From Myxococcota bacterium (GTDB taxonomy: Bacteria > Myxococcota_A > Polyangia > Nannocystales > Nannocystaceae), in contig JBCCHT010000055.1 of NCBI GenBank assembly GCA_039028615.1, positions 1 to 64,000 of the forward strand: 64,000 nucleotides of DNA, written 5' to 3'. Positions 10,564-21,252 of this stretch are shown here, in pieces; the first letter of the stretch is position 1, and the number at the start of each line of letters is the position of its first letter. The notes under the pieces are model-generated. The model did not search any database, was not told where the DNA came from, and saw nothing but the letters and a program-made list of their open reading frames with translations. The translations under genes were made by a program, and so were the position numbers.

Positions 10564-12402
10564 ATGTCGTCCTTGCCCGTGAAGCTGCCCTCGACCTCTC
10601 ATGTCTTGCTCGCGGGGGGCCTTTGGCTCTTCGGCTGCTCCGTGCCGCCGCAGGGGTGGCCGGGAGGAGCAGATACGGACGGCAGCGGCATCAGCGGAAC
10701 GGGCAACCAGGACACAGACGCGGCCGACGACGAGTCGGACGAGTCCGGCACGAACCTCGACATGGGGGGCGGCTTCACCTGCATGGTCGGCATCGCGACG
10801 CCCCCGGGCTGCGGCGACGGAGTGCAGACCGAGGACGAGGCCTGCGACGATGGCAATAACGAGAGCGGCGACGGCTGCACGGCGGACTGCCTGTGCGTGG
10901 AGCCCGGCTACCAGTGCCCGATCCCGGGGCAGCCCTGCTACCAGGCCGCGATCTGTGGCGACGGCATCGTGGTGGTCCCCGAGCCCTGCGACGACGGCAA
11001 CAACGAAAACGGCGACGGCTGCTCGGAGTTCTGCAAGATCGAGCTGGGCTGGGACTGCGCGGGCGACCCCAGCGAGTGCTTCCAGACCACCTGCGGCGAC
11101 GGGGTCCAAGAGGGCGCCGAGGCCTGCGACGATGGCAACACGGTGCCCTTCGACGGCTGCTCATCGACCTGCCAGGCCGAGCCCGACTGCTCGGGGAGCG
11201 GGGGCTGCAGCTCGGAGTGCGGGGACGGGCTGGTCATCGACGAGCAGTGCGACGACGGCAACAACACCAACGGTGACGGGTGCTCGGCCTCGTGCGAGAT
11301 CGAGGCCGGCTTCGAGTGCGAAGAGGATGACTCCTGCGAGCAGATCAACGACGAGTGCGTGCTGCGAGTGCCCGCGATCTTCCGCGACTTCAACGCCAGC
11401 CACTCCGACTTCGAGGTGCTCTGCGACGGGCTCCAAGAAGGAGGCGTCCAGCCCATGCTCAACGACGCGGGCAAGCCGGTCCTGAGCGCCTCGCCCATCT
11501 GTCAGAGCACCGGGTTCTCGCAGTGGTACACCGACAGCTCGGACAGCGCGACGATCGTGGGCGACGTGGTGCTCTTCGACAACGGCGACGGCAGCTTCGT
11601 CAACCGATGGGGCCCCGAGGGTGAGCGCTGGACCGCGCTGGAGAACCCGAACTGGGCGGCCAACACCGTCGAGGAGTGCGAGGCCATGGGCTGCGTGCCC
11701 TGCCCCTGGAACCCGGTGGTGGGCTGCACCGCCGACATCGTCGAGTACGACGGCCAGCCCTTCTTCTTCCCCGTCGACGGGCATCCCGACGCGCTCGACG
11801 ACACGCGGCATCCCGCTCGCATCGGGCCCGCCTACGGCTATCCGAACTGGCCCTACGAGACCGACCTGGTGCCCGAGGCGGGGAATCACAACTTCCACTT
11901 CACCACCGAGCTGGTCTACTGGTTCCAGTACGACGCCAGCACCAGCGCCCAGCTCGACTTCACTGGGGACGACGACGTGTGGGTCTTCGTCAACGGCCAC
12001 CTCGCCCTCGACCTGGGCGGCGTGCACGTGCCGCTGTCCGGGGTGGTCACCATCGACCCCACGACCGAGGCAGAGTACGAGCTGACCGACGGCAATGTCT
12101 ATCCGATCTCGGTCTTCCACGCCGAGCGCCGACTCGACGGTTCCTCTTTCCGCCTCACCCTCGCCGGGTTCTCCAACACGCCCTCCAACTGCCTGGCCAT
12201 CTGCGGCGACGGCATCGTGGGGCTCGGCGAGCAGTGCGACGACGGGATCAACGACGGCGGCTACGGCGAGTGCGGCGAAGGCTGCGTGCTCGGGGAGTAC
12301 TGCGGCGACGGCATCGTGCAAGAGGAAGAGGACTGCGACGACGGGAACTACGTCAACGGTGACGAGTGCCCCAACGGCTGCGTGATGATCAACATCCCCT
12401 AG
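10564..12402 (+). CDS. Myxococcus Cys-rich repeat (DUF4215-like) plus fibro-slime domain lipoprotein
   Basis: Many CGDG...E.CDDGN...GDGCS repeats; fibro-slime motifs HNFHFTTE, FTGDDDVWVFVNG, DLGGVH, FHAER. Confidence 0.9.
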   Translation: MSSLPVKLPSTSHVLLAGGLWLFGCSVPPQGWPGGADTDGSGISGTGNQDTDAADDESDESGTNLDMGGGFTCMVGIATPPGCGDGVQTEDEACDDGNNESGDGCTADCLCVEPGYQCPIPGQPCYQAAICGDGIVVVPEPCDDGNNENGDGCSEFCKIELGWDCAGDPSECFQTTCGDGVQEGAEACDDGNTVPFDGCSSTCQAEPDCSGSGGCSSECGDGLVIDEQCDDGNNTNGDGCSASCEIEAGFECEEDDSCEQINDECVLRVPAIFRDFNASHSDFEVLCDGLQEGGVQPMLNDAGKPVLSASPICQSTGFSQWYTDSSDSATIVGDVVLFDNGDGSFVNRWGPEGERWTALENPNWAANTVEECEAMGCVPCPWNPVVGCTADIVEYDGQPFFFPVDGHPDALDDTRHPARIGPAYGYPNWPYETDLVPEAGNHNFHFTTELVYWFQYDASTSAQLDFTGDDDVWVFVNGHLALDLGGVHVPLSGVVTIDPTTEAEYELTDGNVYPISVFHAERRLDGSSFRLTLAGFSNTPSNCLAICGDGIVGLGEQCDDGINDGGYGECGEGCVLGEYCGDGIVQEEEDCDDGNYVNGDECPNGCVMINIP

Positions 12403-12408
12403 GGCGGC

Positions 12409-12948
12409 TCAGCCCGCCGGGGGGCGCTCGCGGCCACGCCATAGCCACGCCGCGCCCAGCCACCACGGCAGCTCCCAGACCAGGCCGGCCAGCACCGCCA
12501 GCGCGGCCGCCCCCAGGTCGTTCCAGCCCGCCGTGTTGTCCGGCCGCCCCAGCAGCCCCATGAGGTTGAAGGGGCTGTAGGCCTCCCTGGTCAGCGGCCA
12601 TAGCCACGCCACGCCGATGCCGTTGCTGGCGTTGGTGTCCATGGTGCTGTCGGTCAGCAGGTGCCCGAGGCCCCCCACGAACACGCCCAGCACCAGCGGC
12701 CACACCGTGCTCGCGCCCGCGCCCCGAGCCCGTGCCACCACCCCCGCCACCGCGGCCGCCAGCCCGCAGAAGAACACGTTGTGCGTGACCACCCGGTGCC
12801 ACTCGTTGAACTGCGGCGCCCAGATCACGGCGAAGTCGATGTCGGGCAGGACACCGCCGAGCACCATGCCCGCGACGGAGATCGGGACCCCGCGCGCCGC
12901 CGCCCGACCGATGACGTACGAGAACGCGGCGTGCCCCACCGGGGTCAT
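12409..12948 (-). CDS. Inner-membrane metal-dependent hydrolase (YdjM-like)
   Basis: GH..., LPDID, HRVVTH, HLLTD, WP motifs with TM helices; ATGA overlap with the upstream peptidase. Confidence 0.85.
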   Translation of the reverse strand: MTPVGHAAFSYVIGRAAARGVPISVAGMVLGGVLPDIDFAVIWAPQFNEWHRVVTHNVFFCGLAAAVAGVVARARGAGASTVWPLVLGVFVGGLGHLLTDSTMDTNASNGIGVAWLWPLTREAYSPFNLMGLLGRPDNTAGWNDLGAAALAVLAGLVWELPWWLGAAWLWRGRERPPAG

Positions 12949-15038
12949 GGCTCGGGGACCTCGAGCTGCTCGAGCACGAACGCGTACCACAGCGCCGTCT
13001 CGCGCAGCGCGTCGTAGCGCCCCGATGGGCCGGCGTGGCCCGACTCCATGTCGGTCCGTAGCAGCAGCACGTTGTCGTCGGTCTTGGTGGTCCGCAGCTT
13101 GGCGACCCACTTGGCCGGCTCCCAGTAGCCCACGCGCGGATCGTTGAGCCCGGCCAGCACCAGCATGGGCGGGTGGTCGACCGCCTTCACGTTGTCGTAG
13201 GGGGAGTAAGACCGCATGGCGTCGTAGTACTTGCGCTCCTGCGGGTTGCCCCACTCGTCGTACTCGATGACCGTCAGCGGAAGCGTGGGGTCGAGCATGG
13301 TGCTGAGCACGTCGACGAAGGGCACGTCGGCCACCACCGCCCCGAACAGGTCGGGCCGAAGGTTGACCACCGCGCCCATCAGCAGGCCGCCCGCGCTTCC
13401 GCCCCGGATCGCCAAGCGGGCCGGCTCGGTGTAGCCGCGATCGCATAGCGACTGGGCACACGCGACGAAGTCGGAGAACGTCGTGGGCTTGCGCTCGAGC
13501 TTGCCCGCCTCGTACCAGGGGCGGCCCCCCTCCCCGCCCCCGCGCACGTGGGCCATCGCGAAGATCATGCCGCGCTCGAGCAGCGAGACCCGGCTGGACG
13601 AAAACGACGGGTCATAGGAACTGCCGTAGGCGCCGTAGCCGATGAGCAGGGTGGGCTGCGGCCGGCTGCGATCGAGGTCGGCCCGGTGCACCAGCGAGAT
13701 GGGGACCATGGTGCCGTCGGGGGCTTCGGCCTCGATCCGCTCGCACACGAAGCGCGCCGCGTCGTAGCCCTTGACGACCGCCTGCTTGCGACGCACTCGG
13801 GTCCGCTCGACGAGGTCGTAGTCGAAGATCGACGACGGCGTGACCAGGGAGGTGTAGCCGAAGCGCAGGGTCTTGGTGTCGAACTCGAGGTTGGTGCTGG
13901 TCCAGACGTTGTAGACCGGCTCGGGCATCTCGATGTCGTGCCGCTGTCCCGTGGCCACCGTCTCGACCGAGAGCACGGGCAAGCCCCGTTCGCGCCGCGC
14001 GATGACCAAGTGTTCGGCGAAGCACTCGACCGAGTCGAGCTTGATGGCGGGATCGTGGGCGATCTTCTCGACCCAGTGCTCCCGCTGCGGCGCGTCGAGC
14101 CGCAGCTCCATCACCCGGAAGTTGATCGCCTCCTCGTTGGTCAGCACGAACAATCGATCGCCGTGGTGGCTGACGCCGTACTCCACCCCGTACTTGCGCG
14201 GGGCAACGGTCCACCACTGCCCCTCGGGCTCGTCGGCGGCCAGCATGCGCACCTCGCTGGTGACCTGACTGTCGATGTCCATCACCAAGAAGCGTCGGCT
14301 GCGAGTCCGGGACAGGCCGACGAAGAACGCCTCGTCGGGCTCCTCGTGGATCAGCACGTCGTCGGAGGCGGGCGTGCCCATGCGATGGCGCATGACCTGG
14401 TAGGGCCGCGAGGCCTCGTCGAGCACGACATAGAACAGGAACTGGCCGTCTTCCGACCACACCACGTCGGTGCTCAGGTTGGTGCGCAGCTCGGTGAGCG
14501 GCTCCTCGAGCATGGCGCCCGTGGCCAGCTCGCGCACGTGCAGGGTGTGGTGCTCGTCGCCCGTGTCGTCGACGAGATAGGCGACCCGCTCGTGCGCGGG
14601 GTCGAGGCTCCACCCGCCGATGTCGTAGTAGGCGTGCCCCTCGGCCAGCGCGTTTTCGTCGAGCACGATCTGCTCGGCGTCGTCGGCCTGCTCGCCCGGG
14701 TCTCCGGCGTCGGGCGGTCGGCGACAGATCTGGACGTACGACTTGCCCTCGATCGTGCGCGAGTAATACAGGAAGGGGCCGTAGCGAAACGGCACGCCGT
14801 GGTCGGTCTGCTTGATCCGCCCCAGGATCTCGTCGTAGAGGCGCTGCTGCTTGGCCTCGGTGGGAGCCATGACCGCGGCCGTGTAGTCGTTCTCGGCCCG
14901 CAGATAGGCCTCGACGGCCGGGTCTTCACGCTCGCGAAGCCACGCGTAGGGGTCGGGGCGCGCTTGGCCGTGCTCGCGATGCACGTGGTCACGGAGTTCA
15001 GCGACGGGAGGGGTGAGCGAAGCGGGAGACTTGGTCAC
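12945..15038 (-). CDS. ptrB: Oligopeptidase B (S9A)
   Basis: DPYAWL, HVRGGGE, GGSAGG nucleophile, EYDEWGNP, NDPRV, GH; GTG start 15038. Confidence 0.92.
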   Translation of the reverse strand: MTKSPASLTPPVAELRDHVHREHGQARPDPYAWLREREDPAVEAYLRAENDYTAAVMAPTEAKQQRLYDEILGRIKQTDHGVPFRYGPFLYYSRTIEGKSYVQICRRPPDAGDPGEQADDAEQIVLDENALAEGHAYYDIGGWSLDPAHERVAYLVDDTGDEHHTLHVRELATGAMLEEPLTELRTNLSTDVVWSEDGQFLFYVVLDEASRPYQVMRHRMGTPASDDVLIHEEPDEAFFVGLSRTRSRRFLVMDIDSQVTSEVRMLAADEPEGQWWTVAPRKYGVEYGVSHHGDRLFVLTNEEAINFRVMELRLDAPQREHWVEKIAHDPAIKLDSVECFAEHLVIARRERGLPVLSVETVATGQRHDIEMPEPVYNVWTSTNLEFDTKTLRFGYTSLVTPSSIFDYDLVERTRVRRKQAVVKGYDAARFVCERIEAEAPDGTMVPISLVHRADLDRSRPQPTLLIGYGAYGSSYDPSFSSSRVSLLERGMIFAMAHVRGGGEGGRPWYEAGKLERKPTTFSDFVACAQSLCDRGYTEPARLAIRGGSAGGLLMGAVVNLRPDLFGAVVADVPFVDVLSTMLDPTLPLTVIEYDEWGNPQERKYYDAMRSYSPYDNVKAVDHPPMLVLAGLNDPRVGYWEPAKWVAKLRTTKTDDNVLLLRTDMESGHAGPSGRYDALRETALWYAFVLEQLEVPEP

Positions 15039-15209
15039 GGGGAAGCGGGGGTGGCACGGCGGCCAGCCGAGGCAGGGTACGACAGCCATCGCGATCACGC
15101 AGGCGCGCGTCACCGAAGCGCGAATCGACGGAACATTGAGTTGCGGGCTCTAGCGACCGCCCTTGCCACCTGCCGCGAACCCAACGACTGGTTTGCTACG
15201 CTTGGCTCG

Positions 15210-17657
15210 ATGTCGGGCGATGGGGAGGACGCCGGGACCGCGGCGACCATCCACTCCGGGGCGCATACGGTGGTCTCGGCGGCGAGCAAGGAGCCCCCCG
15301 CCGCCGCCGATCAAAACCGCGCCGCTCGGCGGGGGATCCACGAAGCGGACACCATGGCCGGCGCCGCGGCGCTGACGGCCCGCGGGGTCAAGCCGCTGTC
15401 GCTCAGCGTGGACACCGTCGCGCTCACGACGGGCGGCTCCCGCTCGGAAGCCGAGCGAGCCGACGCCGAGGCGGACACGGTGGACCTCGACGGCCGCACC
15501 GTCCCCTCCGATGTGGCGACCCAGGTCGGGCGCGTCCGCGTCACTCGGACGCCCAAGGGGCCGCTCGATGTCGGCCTCGCCAAGTACGGAATCGAAAACG
15601 TCCTCGGGCGCGGAGGCATGGGCGTGGTGGTCAAAGGCAAGGACCGCCTGCTCGGGCGGAGCGTGGCCATCAAGACGCTGCACCCCGGGCTCGAGAACGA
15701 CGCTGCGAATCGGCGCCGCTTCATCATCGAAGCGCAGGTGGGCGCGCAGCTCGAGCACCCCAACATCGTGCCCGTCTACAGCATGGAGCAGGGCGACGAG
15801 GCCCTCGCCTTCACCATGCGACTGCTCGGGGGCCAGACCCTCGATGGGTTCCTCAAGGAGTGCAAGGAGCAGGTCGAGGCCGGGGCCGTCGACGAAGAGC
15901 ACGCCCTGCCCGAGCGCTTCGAAATCTTCCTGAAGGTCTGCGATGCCGTCGACTACGCCCACTCCCGGGGGGTCATCCACCGCGACCTCAAGCCGCTCAA
16001 CGTCATCGTCGGCGACCACCACGAGGTCTACCTGTACGACTGGGGCATCGCGAAGGTGCTGACCGAAGACGGCGAGGTCGACCGCGACGCGGACCAGACC
16101 CACCGCCCCCTCGGCGCCGACCAGCTCGAGCCCAAGCCCGCCGCGCCCGACCACCACGAGGACGTCGACACCAGCATCGAGACCGTCACCCAGCACGGCG
16201 AGATGGTGGGCACCGCGACCTATATGCCGCCCGAGCAGGCGCGCGGGCTCCCGCAGCTGCACGGGCCCGCCTCCGACCAGTTTGCGCTCGGCATGATCCT
16301 GCGCGAGCTGGTCACCCTCGAGCGTCCCCGTCGGGGCCCCGCCTTCCAGCAGATCCGACAGGCCGCGGCGGGCATTCGGTTCGAGTTCGAGGTCGACGCC
16401 GAAGGCCAACGCATCCCGCCGGGCCTGGTCGCCATCGTCGACAAGGCCACCGCCCACGAGGCCAGCGACCGCTACGAGTCCGTCGAGGCCTTCGCCGACG
16501 ACGTGCGACGCTACGCACGGGGCAGCCAGGTCAGCGTCTATCCCGATCCGTGGACCCGCCGCGTCTTCAAGTACCTCAGCCGACGCCCCGCGCTGGTGCT
16601 GGGGACCATCGCCACCCTGATCCTCGCCGCGGCCCTCACCGCCATCCTCGGCTTGGTGCGCACCGTCGAGACCCAGCGCCGCGCCGTGTCGCAGTCCGAG
16701 CGCCTCAGCGCGCTCACCAGCGACGTGGTGGGGCGCTCGGAGGCCATCGACGCCAGCTTTGCCCGCACCCGCATGCTGGTCGAGGGCCTCGGGGTCGCGG
16801 TCGAAGACCTCCTCGAGCACGACGAACCGATCGACGGCGAGCTGCGCTACGGCGTCTCGGGACGCCTGGTGGGCGAGCGTGGTCCCGCGCTCGCCTCCCC
16901 GCACCCCGTACAGCGCTATGGCTTCGACGTCAGCTGGCAGACCCCGCTGTACCTGTACCCGGCCGAGGTTCCCTTCGCCGACGTCGAGCGGACGATCCGG
17001 GTCATGGCGCCGCTCCCCGAGCGTTTTCGGGCGGTGCTCATGCGCTCCCTCGACGAGCGTGCGGTGAACTGGCCGCGGGCGAAGCAGCTGAGCTCCCTCG
17101 ACGCGGGCGAGCCCCCGCTGCACGTCACCTACGCCGCGTTCGAAAACGGCCTGCTGCTCAACTACCCCGGCTACGTCCCCTTCCCCGATGACTACGACCC
17201 GCGACGACGCCCGTGGTACCGCGAAGCCAAGGGCCGCAGCGGGGTGTTCTTCGGTCGCCCCTACCCCGACGCGAGCGGCAGCGCCATCCTCGTGCCCTGC
17301 GACCGCGCCCTGCACGATGCCGAGGGCCGCTTCGTCGGCGTCGCGGGAGCGGACATCGCCCTGGACGACCTGGCCCGCGCGATGCGGGTCGACCACCCGG
17401 GGTGGATCCGCTCGAGCCTCGTGTACACCGACGGCACCGAGATCATCGACACGGAACAAGAGGGCCTGCGCTTCGGGGTCGGGCTGCACAACGAGGCGCA
17501 CATGGACGCGCGCCCCATCGAGCCCGAGGTCCGCGAGGCGTTCACCAACAAGGTGACCGGCTTCGTGCGCGTCGGCGATCAGCTCGTCGTGTTCGACCGC
17601 CTCGAGGCCATCGACTGGACCTTCGTCGTGCGGCTCGACGCACGCCAGATTCTGTAG
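15210..17657 (+). CDS. Hanks-type Ser/Thr kinase with TM helix and C-terminal dCache sensor
   Basis: LGRGGMG, VAIK, HRDLKP, DWG, GTATYMPPEQ; one TM; YDPRRRPWY...PY...GVAGAD Cache motif. Confidence 0.9.
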   Translation: MSGDGEDAGTAATIHSGAHTVVSAASKEPPAAADQNRAARRGIHEADTMAGAAALTARGVKPLSLSVDTVALTTGGSRSEAERADAEADTVDLDGRTVPSDVATQVGRVRVTRTPKGPLDVGLAKYGIENVLGRGGMGVVVKGKDRLLGRSVAIKTLHPGLENDAANRRRFIIEAQVGAQLEHPNIVPVYSMEQGDEALAFTMRLLGGQTLDGFLKECKEQVEAGAVDEEHALPERFEIFLKVCDAVDYAHSRGVIHRDLKPLNVIVGDHHEVYLYDWGIAKVLTEDGEVDRDADQTHRPLGADQLEPKPAAPDHHEDVDTSIETVTQHGEMVGTATYMPPEQARGLPQLHGPASDQFALGMILRELVTLERPRRGPAFQQIRQAAAGIRFEFEVDAEGQRIPPGLVAIVDKATAHEASDRYESVEAFADDVRRYARGSQVSVYPDPWTRRVFKYLSRRPALVLGTIATLILAAALTAILGLVRTVETQRRAVSQSERLSALTSDVVGRSEAIDASFARTRMLVEGLGVAVEDLLEHDEPIDGELRYGVSGRLVGERGPALASPHPVQRYGFDVSWQTPLYLYPAEVPFADVERTIRVMAPLPERFRAVLMRSLDERAVNWPRAKQLSSLDAGEPPLHVTYAAFENGLLLNYPGYVPFPDDYDPRRRPWYREAKGRSGVFFGRPYPDASGSAILVPCDRALHDAEGRFVGVAGADIALDDLARAMRVDHPGWIRSSLVYTDGTEIIDTEQEGLRFGVGLHNEAHMDARPIEPEVREAFTNKVTGFVRVGDQLVVFDRLEAIDWTFVVRLDARQIL

Positions 17658-17681
17658 CGACCGGCCCGGGAGTCGGTCGGG

Positions 17682-17936
17682 TCAATCGGTGAATTCGGTA
17701 TCCCGACGGCCACTGCGGCGCCGCTCGACCTCGCGGACGACCGGGTCGACCGGCGGCACCGTCTGGTGGAGGAACACGTGCTCGCGGGGCGCGGTCTCCT
17801 CGCGCACCCGGGGCTGCATCACCCCGTCGCCGGATTCGGACGTGTCCGTCGGTTCCTCTTCCTCTTGGGAGGTCGCGCCAGCCGCATCCGATTTCGCGCG
17901 CCGAAATTTGAGCCCATGAATGACGTGGGTGGCCAA
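17682..17936 (-). CDS. Small hypothetical protein
   Basis: Short ORF filling an intergenic gap with plausible codon use; start uncertain (TTG 17936). Confidence 0.35.
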   Translation of the reverse strand: MATHVIHGLKFRRAKSDAAGATSQEEEEPTDTSESGDGVMQPRVREETAPREHVFLHQTVPPVDPVVREVERRRSGRRDTEFTD

Positions 17937-18089
17937 AGGAACCGAAACCTCAGGTTTTGTCTTACCGGCTAAGGGACCCTCAGGGCAAGCACCATTTCGG
18001 TGACCGCGCCGGACGGCCGCGGTGTGCAACCGCGAGCGCGACGAGCGGATCGCGACGTCGAGCTGCTATGCTGAAACCGCGTCACGACC

Positions 18090-18641
18090 ATGGTGGACGT
18101 CAATCAATCCCTTAGACATTGGCTTTGTATGTGCGGGCTTGCTGCCCTCGCCGCGGGTTGTTTTGCGGCCGGCACCGAAGACGCGGCCAGCCTCGACGAC
18201 GACTACATGGACGATCCGCCGCCTCCGGGTGACTGCGAGACGGACTGTCCTACGGCAAACCCGGGCAGCGACGGCGCGAGCCCAGGCGGGCCATGCCTCG
18301 ATTCCGACGATTGCGCGGCGGGGGGCATTTGCGCGGCCGAGTTCGACGGTGAGGTGCAAACCTTCACCTGCCAACTATCGTGCGTACCGCTCCAAGATGA
18401 TGCGCAATGGTGCGCAGACGACAGCTCGTGCTGCGAAGACGGGGCCATTTGTTCCGCCCGAGGCCTGTGCCTGATCCCCGACGCAGGTCTCGACGACAGC
18501 GGCACCGCGTCCGACACGGGCAGCGATGGCAGCGGCACGGACGGTACCGGAGGGTCGAGCTCGGGTGGCTCGAGCGGCTCCGGTACGGGCGGCTCCTCGG
18601 GCGATGCCGGCGGGTCCTCCTCGAGCGGCGGCCGGGGGTAG
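18090..18641 (+). CDS. Cys-rich hypothetical lipoprotein
   Basis: LAAGC lipobox, Cys-rich core, G/S-rich tail. Confidence 0.75.
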   Translation: MVDVNQSLRHWLCMCGLAALAAGCFAAGTEDAASLDDDYMDDPPPPGDCETDCPTANPGSDGASPGGPCLDSDDCAAGGICAAEFDGEVQTFTCQLSCVPLQDDAQWCADDSSCCEDGAICSARGLCLIPDAGLDDSGTASDTGSDGSGTDGTGGSSSGGSSGSGTGGSSGDAGGSSSSGGRG

Positions 18642-18663
18642 CAGACCACGACCCTCGGCCGTG

Positions 18664-19566
18664 TCAGGCCGGCTTCGGGTCGTGTCGTTCCAAGAAGCGC
18701 AGCACCGCCCCCGACCACCCGGCGGGATCTTCGAGCATCGGGTAGTGGCCCACCGATTCGAGCCAGGTCAGCTCCGACCCGGCGATCTCCTCGTGGAGCG
18801 CCTGCGCAATCGCGGGCACCGCAACCGGGTCCACGCGCCCCCAGACCACGTGGACTGGCCGCTCAGTTCGCCGTAGCGCGCCGATCCAGCGGGTCCAGAA
18901 GCGCCGCCGCTCGTGCAGATACTGCGAGATGTCGGGCAGGCGCAGGTGCCCCTCCGACTCGCGAATCCCCGCCCACATCGAAGCCAAGCGCGAAGGCGGC
19001 ACGGCGTCCGCGGACGCGAAGATCTTCCGCATCCGCGCGTGGAAGAAGCGCTCGTTGGCCAGGCGGGCGAGCCACGGTCCCGTCCACTGGCTGCGCAACA
19101 GCTTCTGCGTCGCCCGCAGCTGCGCCAGCTCGATGTGCACGCTGCCGTTGCACAGCGTCACCGTGTCGAAGGCGAAGGGCAGCATGTCCCGCTCGAGTCG
19201 GGCCAGCAGCTCGGTCGCCACCGAGGTCCCATAGTCGTGCGCCAGCAGGTGGGCCCGTGAAAGCCCCAGCTCGCGCCAGACCGCGACCGCGACCTCGGCC
19301 TGCTCGAGCAGCGAGTACGAGTAGTCGCGCGGCTTGGCCGACAGCCCGAAGCCGGGGAAGTCGAGCAAGACCACGCGGCGGTTGGCGGCCAGCATCGGCA
19401 GCGCGGGCTCGAAGTCGTGGCACGAGGTGGGAAACCCGTGCAGGACCACCAGCGGCGTGGCCTCGGCGCCGGCCGGCCCTGCCTCCACGGTGAAGACCTT
19501 GAGCCCGCAGACGTCGAGCCAGCGCCCGCGGTCGCGCCAGGCCTGGAGCTCCTGCTCCGCTCCCAT
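18664..19566 (-). CDS. Alpha/beta hydrolase (epoxide hydrolase/MEST-like)
   Basis: LHGFP, DFPGFG, HDYG (Asp nucleophile), GHYP. Confidence 0.9.
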   Translation of the reverse strand: MGAEQELQAWRDRGRWLDVCGLKVFTVEAGPAGAEATPLVVLHGFPTSCHDFEPALPMLAANRRVVLLDFPGFGLSAKPRDYSYSLLEQAEVAVAVWRELGLSRAHLLAHDYGTSVATELLARLERDMLPFAFDTVTLCNGSVHIELAQLRATQKLLRSQWTGPWLARLANERFFHARMRKIFASADAVPPSRLASMWAGIRESEGHLRLPDISQYLHERRRFWTRWIGALRRTERPVHVVWGRVDPVAVPAIAQALHEEIAGSELTWLESVGHYPMLEDPAGWSGAVLRFLERHDPKPA

Positions 19567-19572
19567 CGCGGC

Positions 19573-20565
19573 CTAGGCCTCACCCGCCAGCCAGGCGCCC
19601 ACCTGACGTGCGTAGTAGGTCAGCACCACGTCGGCCCCGGCACGGCGGATGGACAGCAGGCTCTCCATCACCACCTTGCGCTCGTCGAGCCAGCCCCGCT
19701 CGGTCGCGGCCTTGAGCATCGCGTACTCGCCACTGACCTGATACGCGGCCACGGGCAGCGGCGTGGCTTCGCGCAGCGCCGCAATGACGTCGAGGTAGGC
19801 CCCCGCCGGCTTGACCATCAGCATGTCGGCGCCCTCGCTCTCGTCGAGGCTCGCCTCGCGCAGGGCCTCGCGCACGTTGGCCGGGTCCATCTGGTAGGTC
19901 TTCTTGTCGCCGCTTTTGGGGGCGGAGTCGAGCGCCTCGCGGAAGGGCCCGTAGAACGCCGACGCGTACTTGGCCGTGTACGAGAGGATCGAGACCTCGG
20001 TGAAGCCCTCGTCGTCGAGCGCGTCCCGGATGGCGCTGACCCGGCCGTCCATCATGTCGCTGGGCGCGATGATGTCGGCCCCGGCTCGCGCCTGGGAGAC
20101 CGCCTGCTTGCACAGCACCTCGACCGTCTCGTCGTTGAGGATCTTGCCGTCGGAGACAATGCCGTCGTGCCCGTCCGACGAGTAGGGATCGAGCGCGACG
20201 TCGGTCACCAGCATCAGGTCTGGCCAGCGATCCTTCACCGCCTCGAGCGTGCGCGGGATCAGCCCGTTGTCGTTGTACGACTCGGTTCCCGTGGAGTCCT
20301 TGAGCGCGTCGTCGATGGCAGGGAACAAGGCGATCATTCGCACCCCGACGTCGTAGGCCCGCTCGATCTCTGCGAGCAGCCCCTTTCGGCCGTGGCGATG
20401 GCAGCCCGGCATCGCCCCGATCGGCACGTCGCCCTCGTCCTCGTGCACGAAGAGCGGATAGATGAAGTGCTCGGGGCCGACGACCGTCTCGCGCACCGCG
20501 TTGCGAATGGCGGCAGACTTGCGATTACGGCGGGGCCGCTCGGGGAGGATGATCCGGCTCTTCAT
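19573..20565 (-). CDS. hemB: Porphobilinogen synthase, Asp-rich (non-Zn/Mg) type
   Basis: RPRRNR, DVALDPYSSDGHDG, PSDMMDGRV, KYASAFYGPFR, MVKP, AYQVSGEY. Confidence 0.97.
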   Translation of the reverse strand: MKSRIILPERPRRNRKSAAIRNAVRETVVGPEHFIYPLFVHEDEGDVPIGAMPGCHRHGRKGLLAEIERAYDVGVRMIALFPAIDDALKDSTGTESYNDNGLIPRTLEAVKDRWPDLMLVTDVALDPYSSDGHDGIVSDGKILNDETVEVLCKQAVSQARAGADIIAPSDMMDGRVSAIRDALDDEGFTEVSILSYTAKYASAFYGPFREALDSAPKSGDKKTYQMDPANVREALREASLDESEGADMLMVKPAGAYLDVIAALREATPLPVAAYQVSGEYAMLKAATERGWLDERKVVMESLLSIRRAGADVVLTYYARQVGAWLAGEA

Positions 20566-20611
20566 GGTCGGCGGTGACGCTAACAGCTCGCGCCGCCCGC
20601 CGCACCTCGCA

Positions 20612-21252
20612 TCACGACCCGCCCGCGTGGGCTGGCCCGAGCGTCGATTCGAGCTTCTTGCGATGGGTCACCCAGGTCGAGTCGGCATCGGCAAAGCGCC
20701 AGGGCAGCTCGCGGTGCTCGGGGTCCGCGAAGTCGATGCCGATGCGAGGCCCCACCGCGATCGTGGCGGGCGGGGTGCCAGCGTGCATCGTCAGACCGCC
20801 GGGGCGGCACAGGTCGTGTCCCGACCACTCGGTGTCGATGGCCAAGGCCTGGCCGATCTTGCCGGGCCCTGCCAGCAGCACCGGACCCGACTTGCCCCCG
20901 CGGCGCTCGGCGATGGTCGCCAGCCCCTCCACGGGTTCACACGCCCGGATGAGCACCGCCTGCGCGTCGCCGTCCTCGCCGGTCGACACGTTGAGCATCT
21001 GGTGGATGCCGTAGCAGACGTAGACATAGGCGCGCCCGGGTGGGCCCCAGATCGCGTCGTTGCGCTCGGTTCGGCCGGAGCGAGCGTGGCACGCGGTATC
21101 CCCCGGCCAGCGGTAGGCCTCCACCTCGGTGATGCGCAGGACTACGTCGTCTCGCCGGATCCACTGCCCGACGAGCGCGGGCGCGACCTCGAGGACGTCG
21201 CGACTGAAGAACGACGATGGAAGCGGCGGGGGCACGGAGGGTCGAGCCATCG

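Noticed and set aside
6668..15038. Prolyl aminopeptidases and oligopeptidase B as graspetide maturation proteases
   Set aside because: The Gly-Pro spacers make this tempting, but the genes are 13-22 kb away among unrelated genes and are common housekeeping peptidases
13548..15209. N-terminal 554 aa of the 1369-aa kinase ORF
   Set aside because: Antisense to oligopeptidase B; the real kinase most plausibly starts at 15210
15150..17501. 783-aa ORF on the - strand
   Set aside because: Shadow of the kinase-Cache gene
19573..20565. hemB lacking the Cys-rich Zn site
   Set aside because: Well-known Asp-rich, Zn-independent subclass
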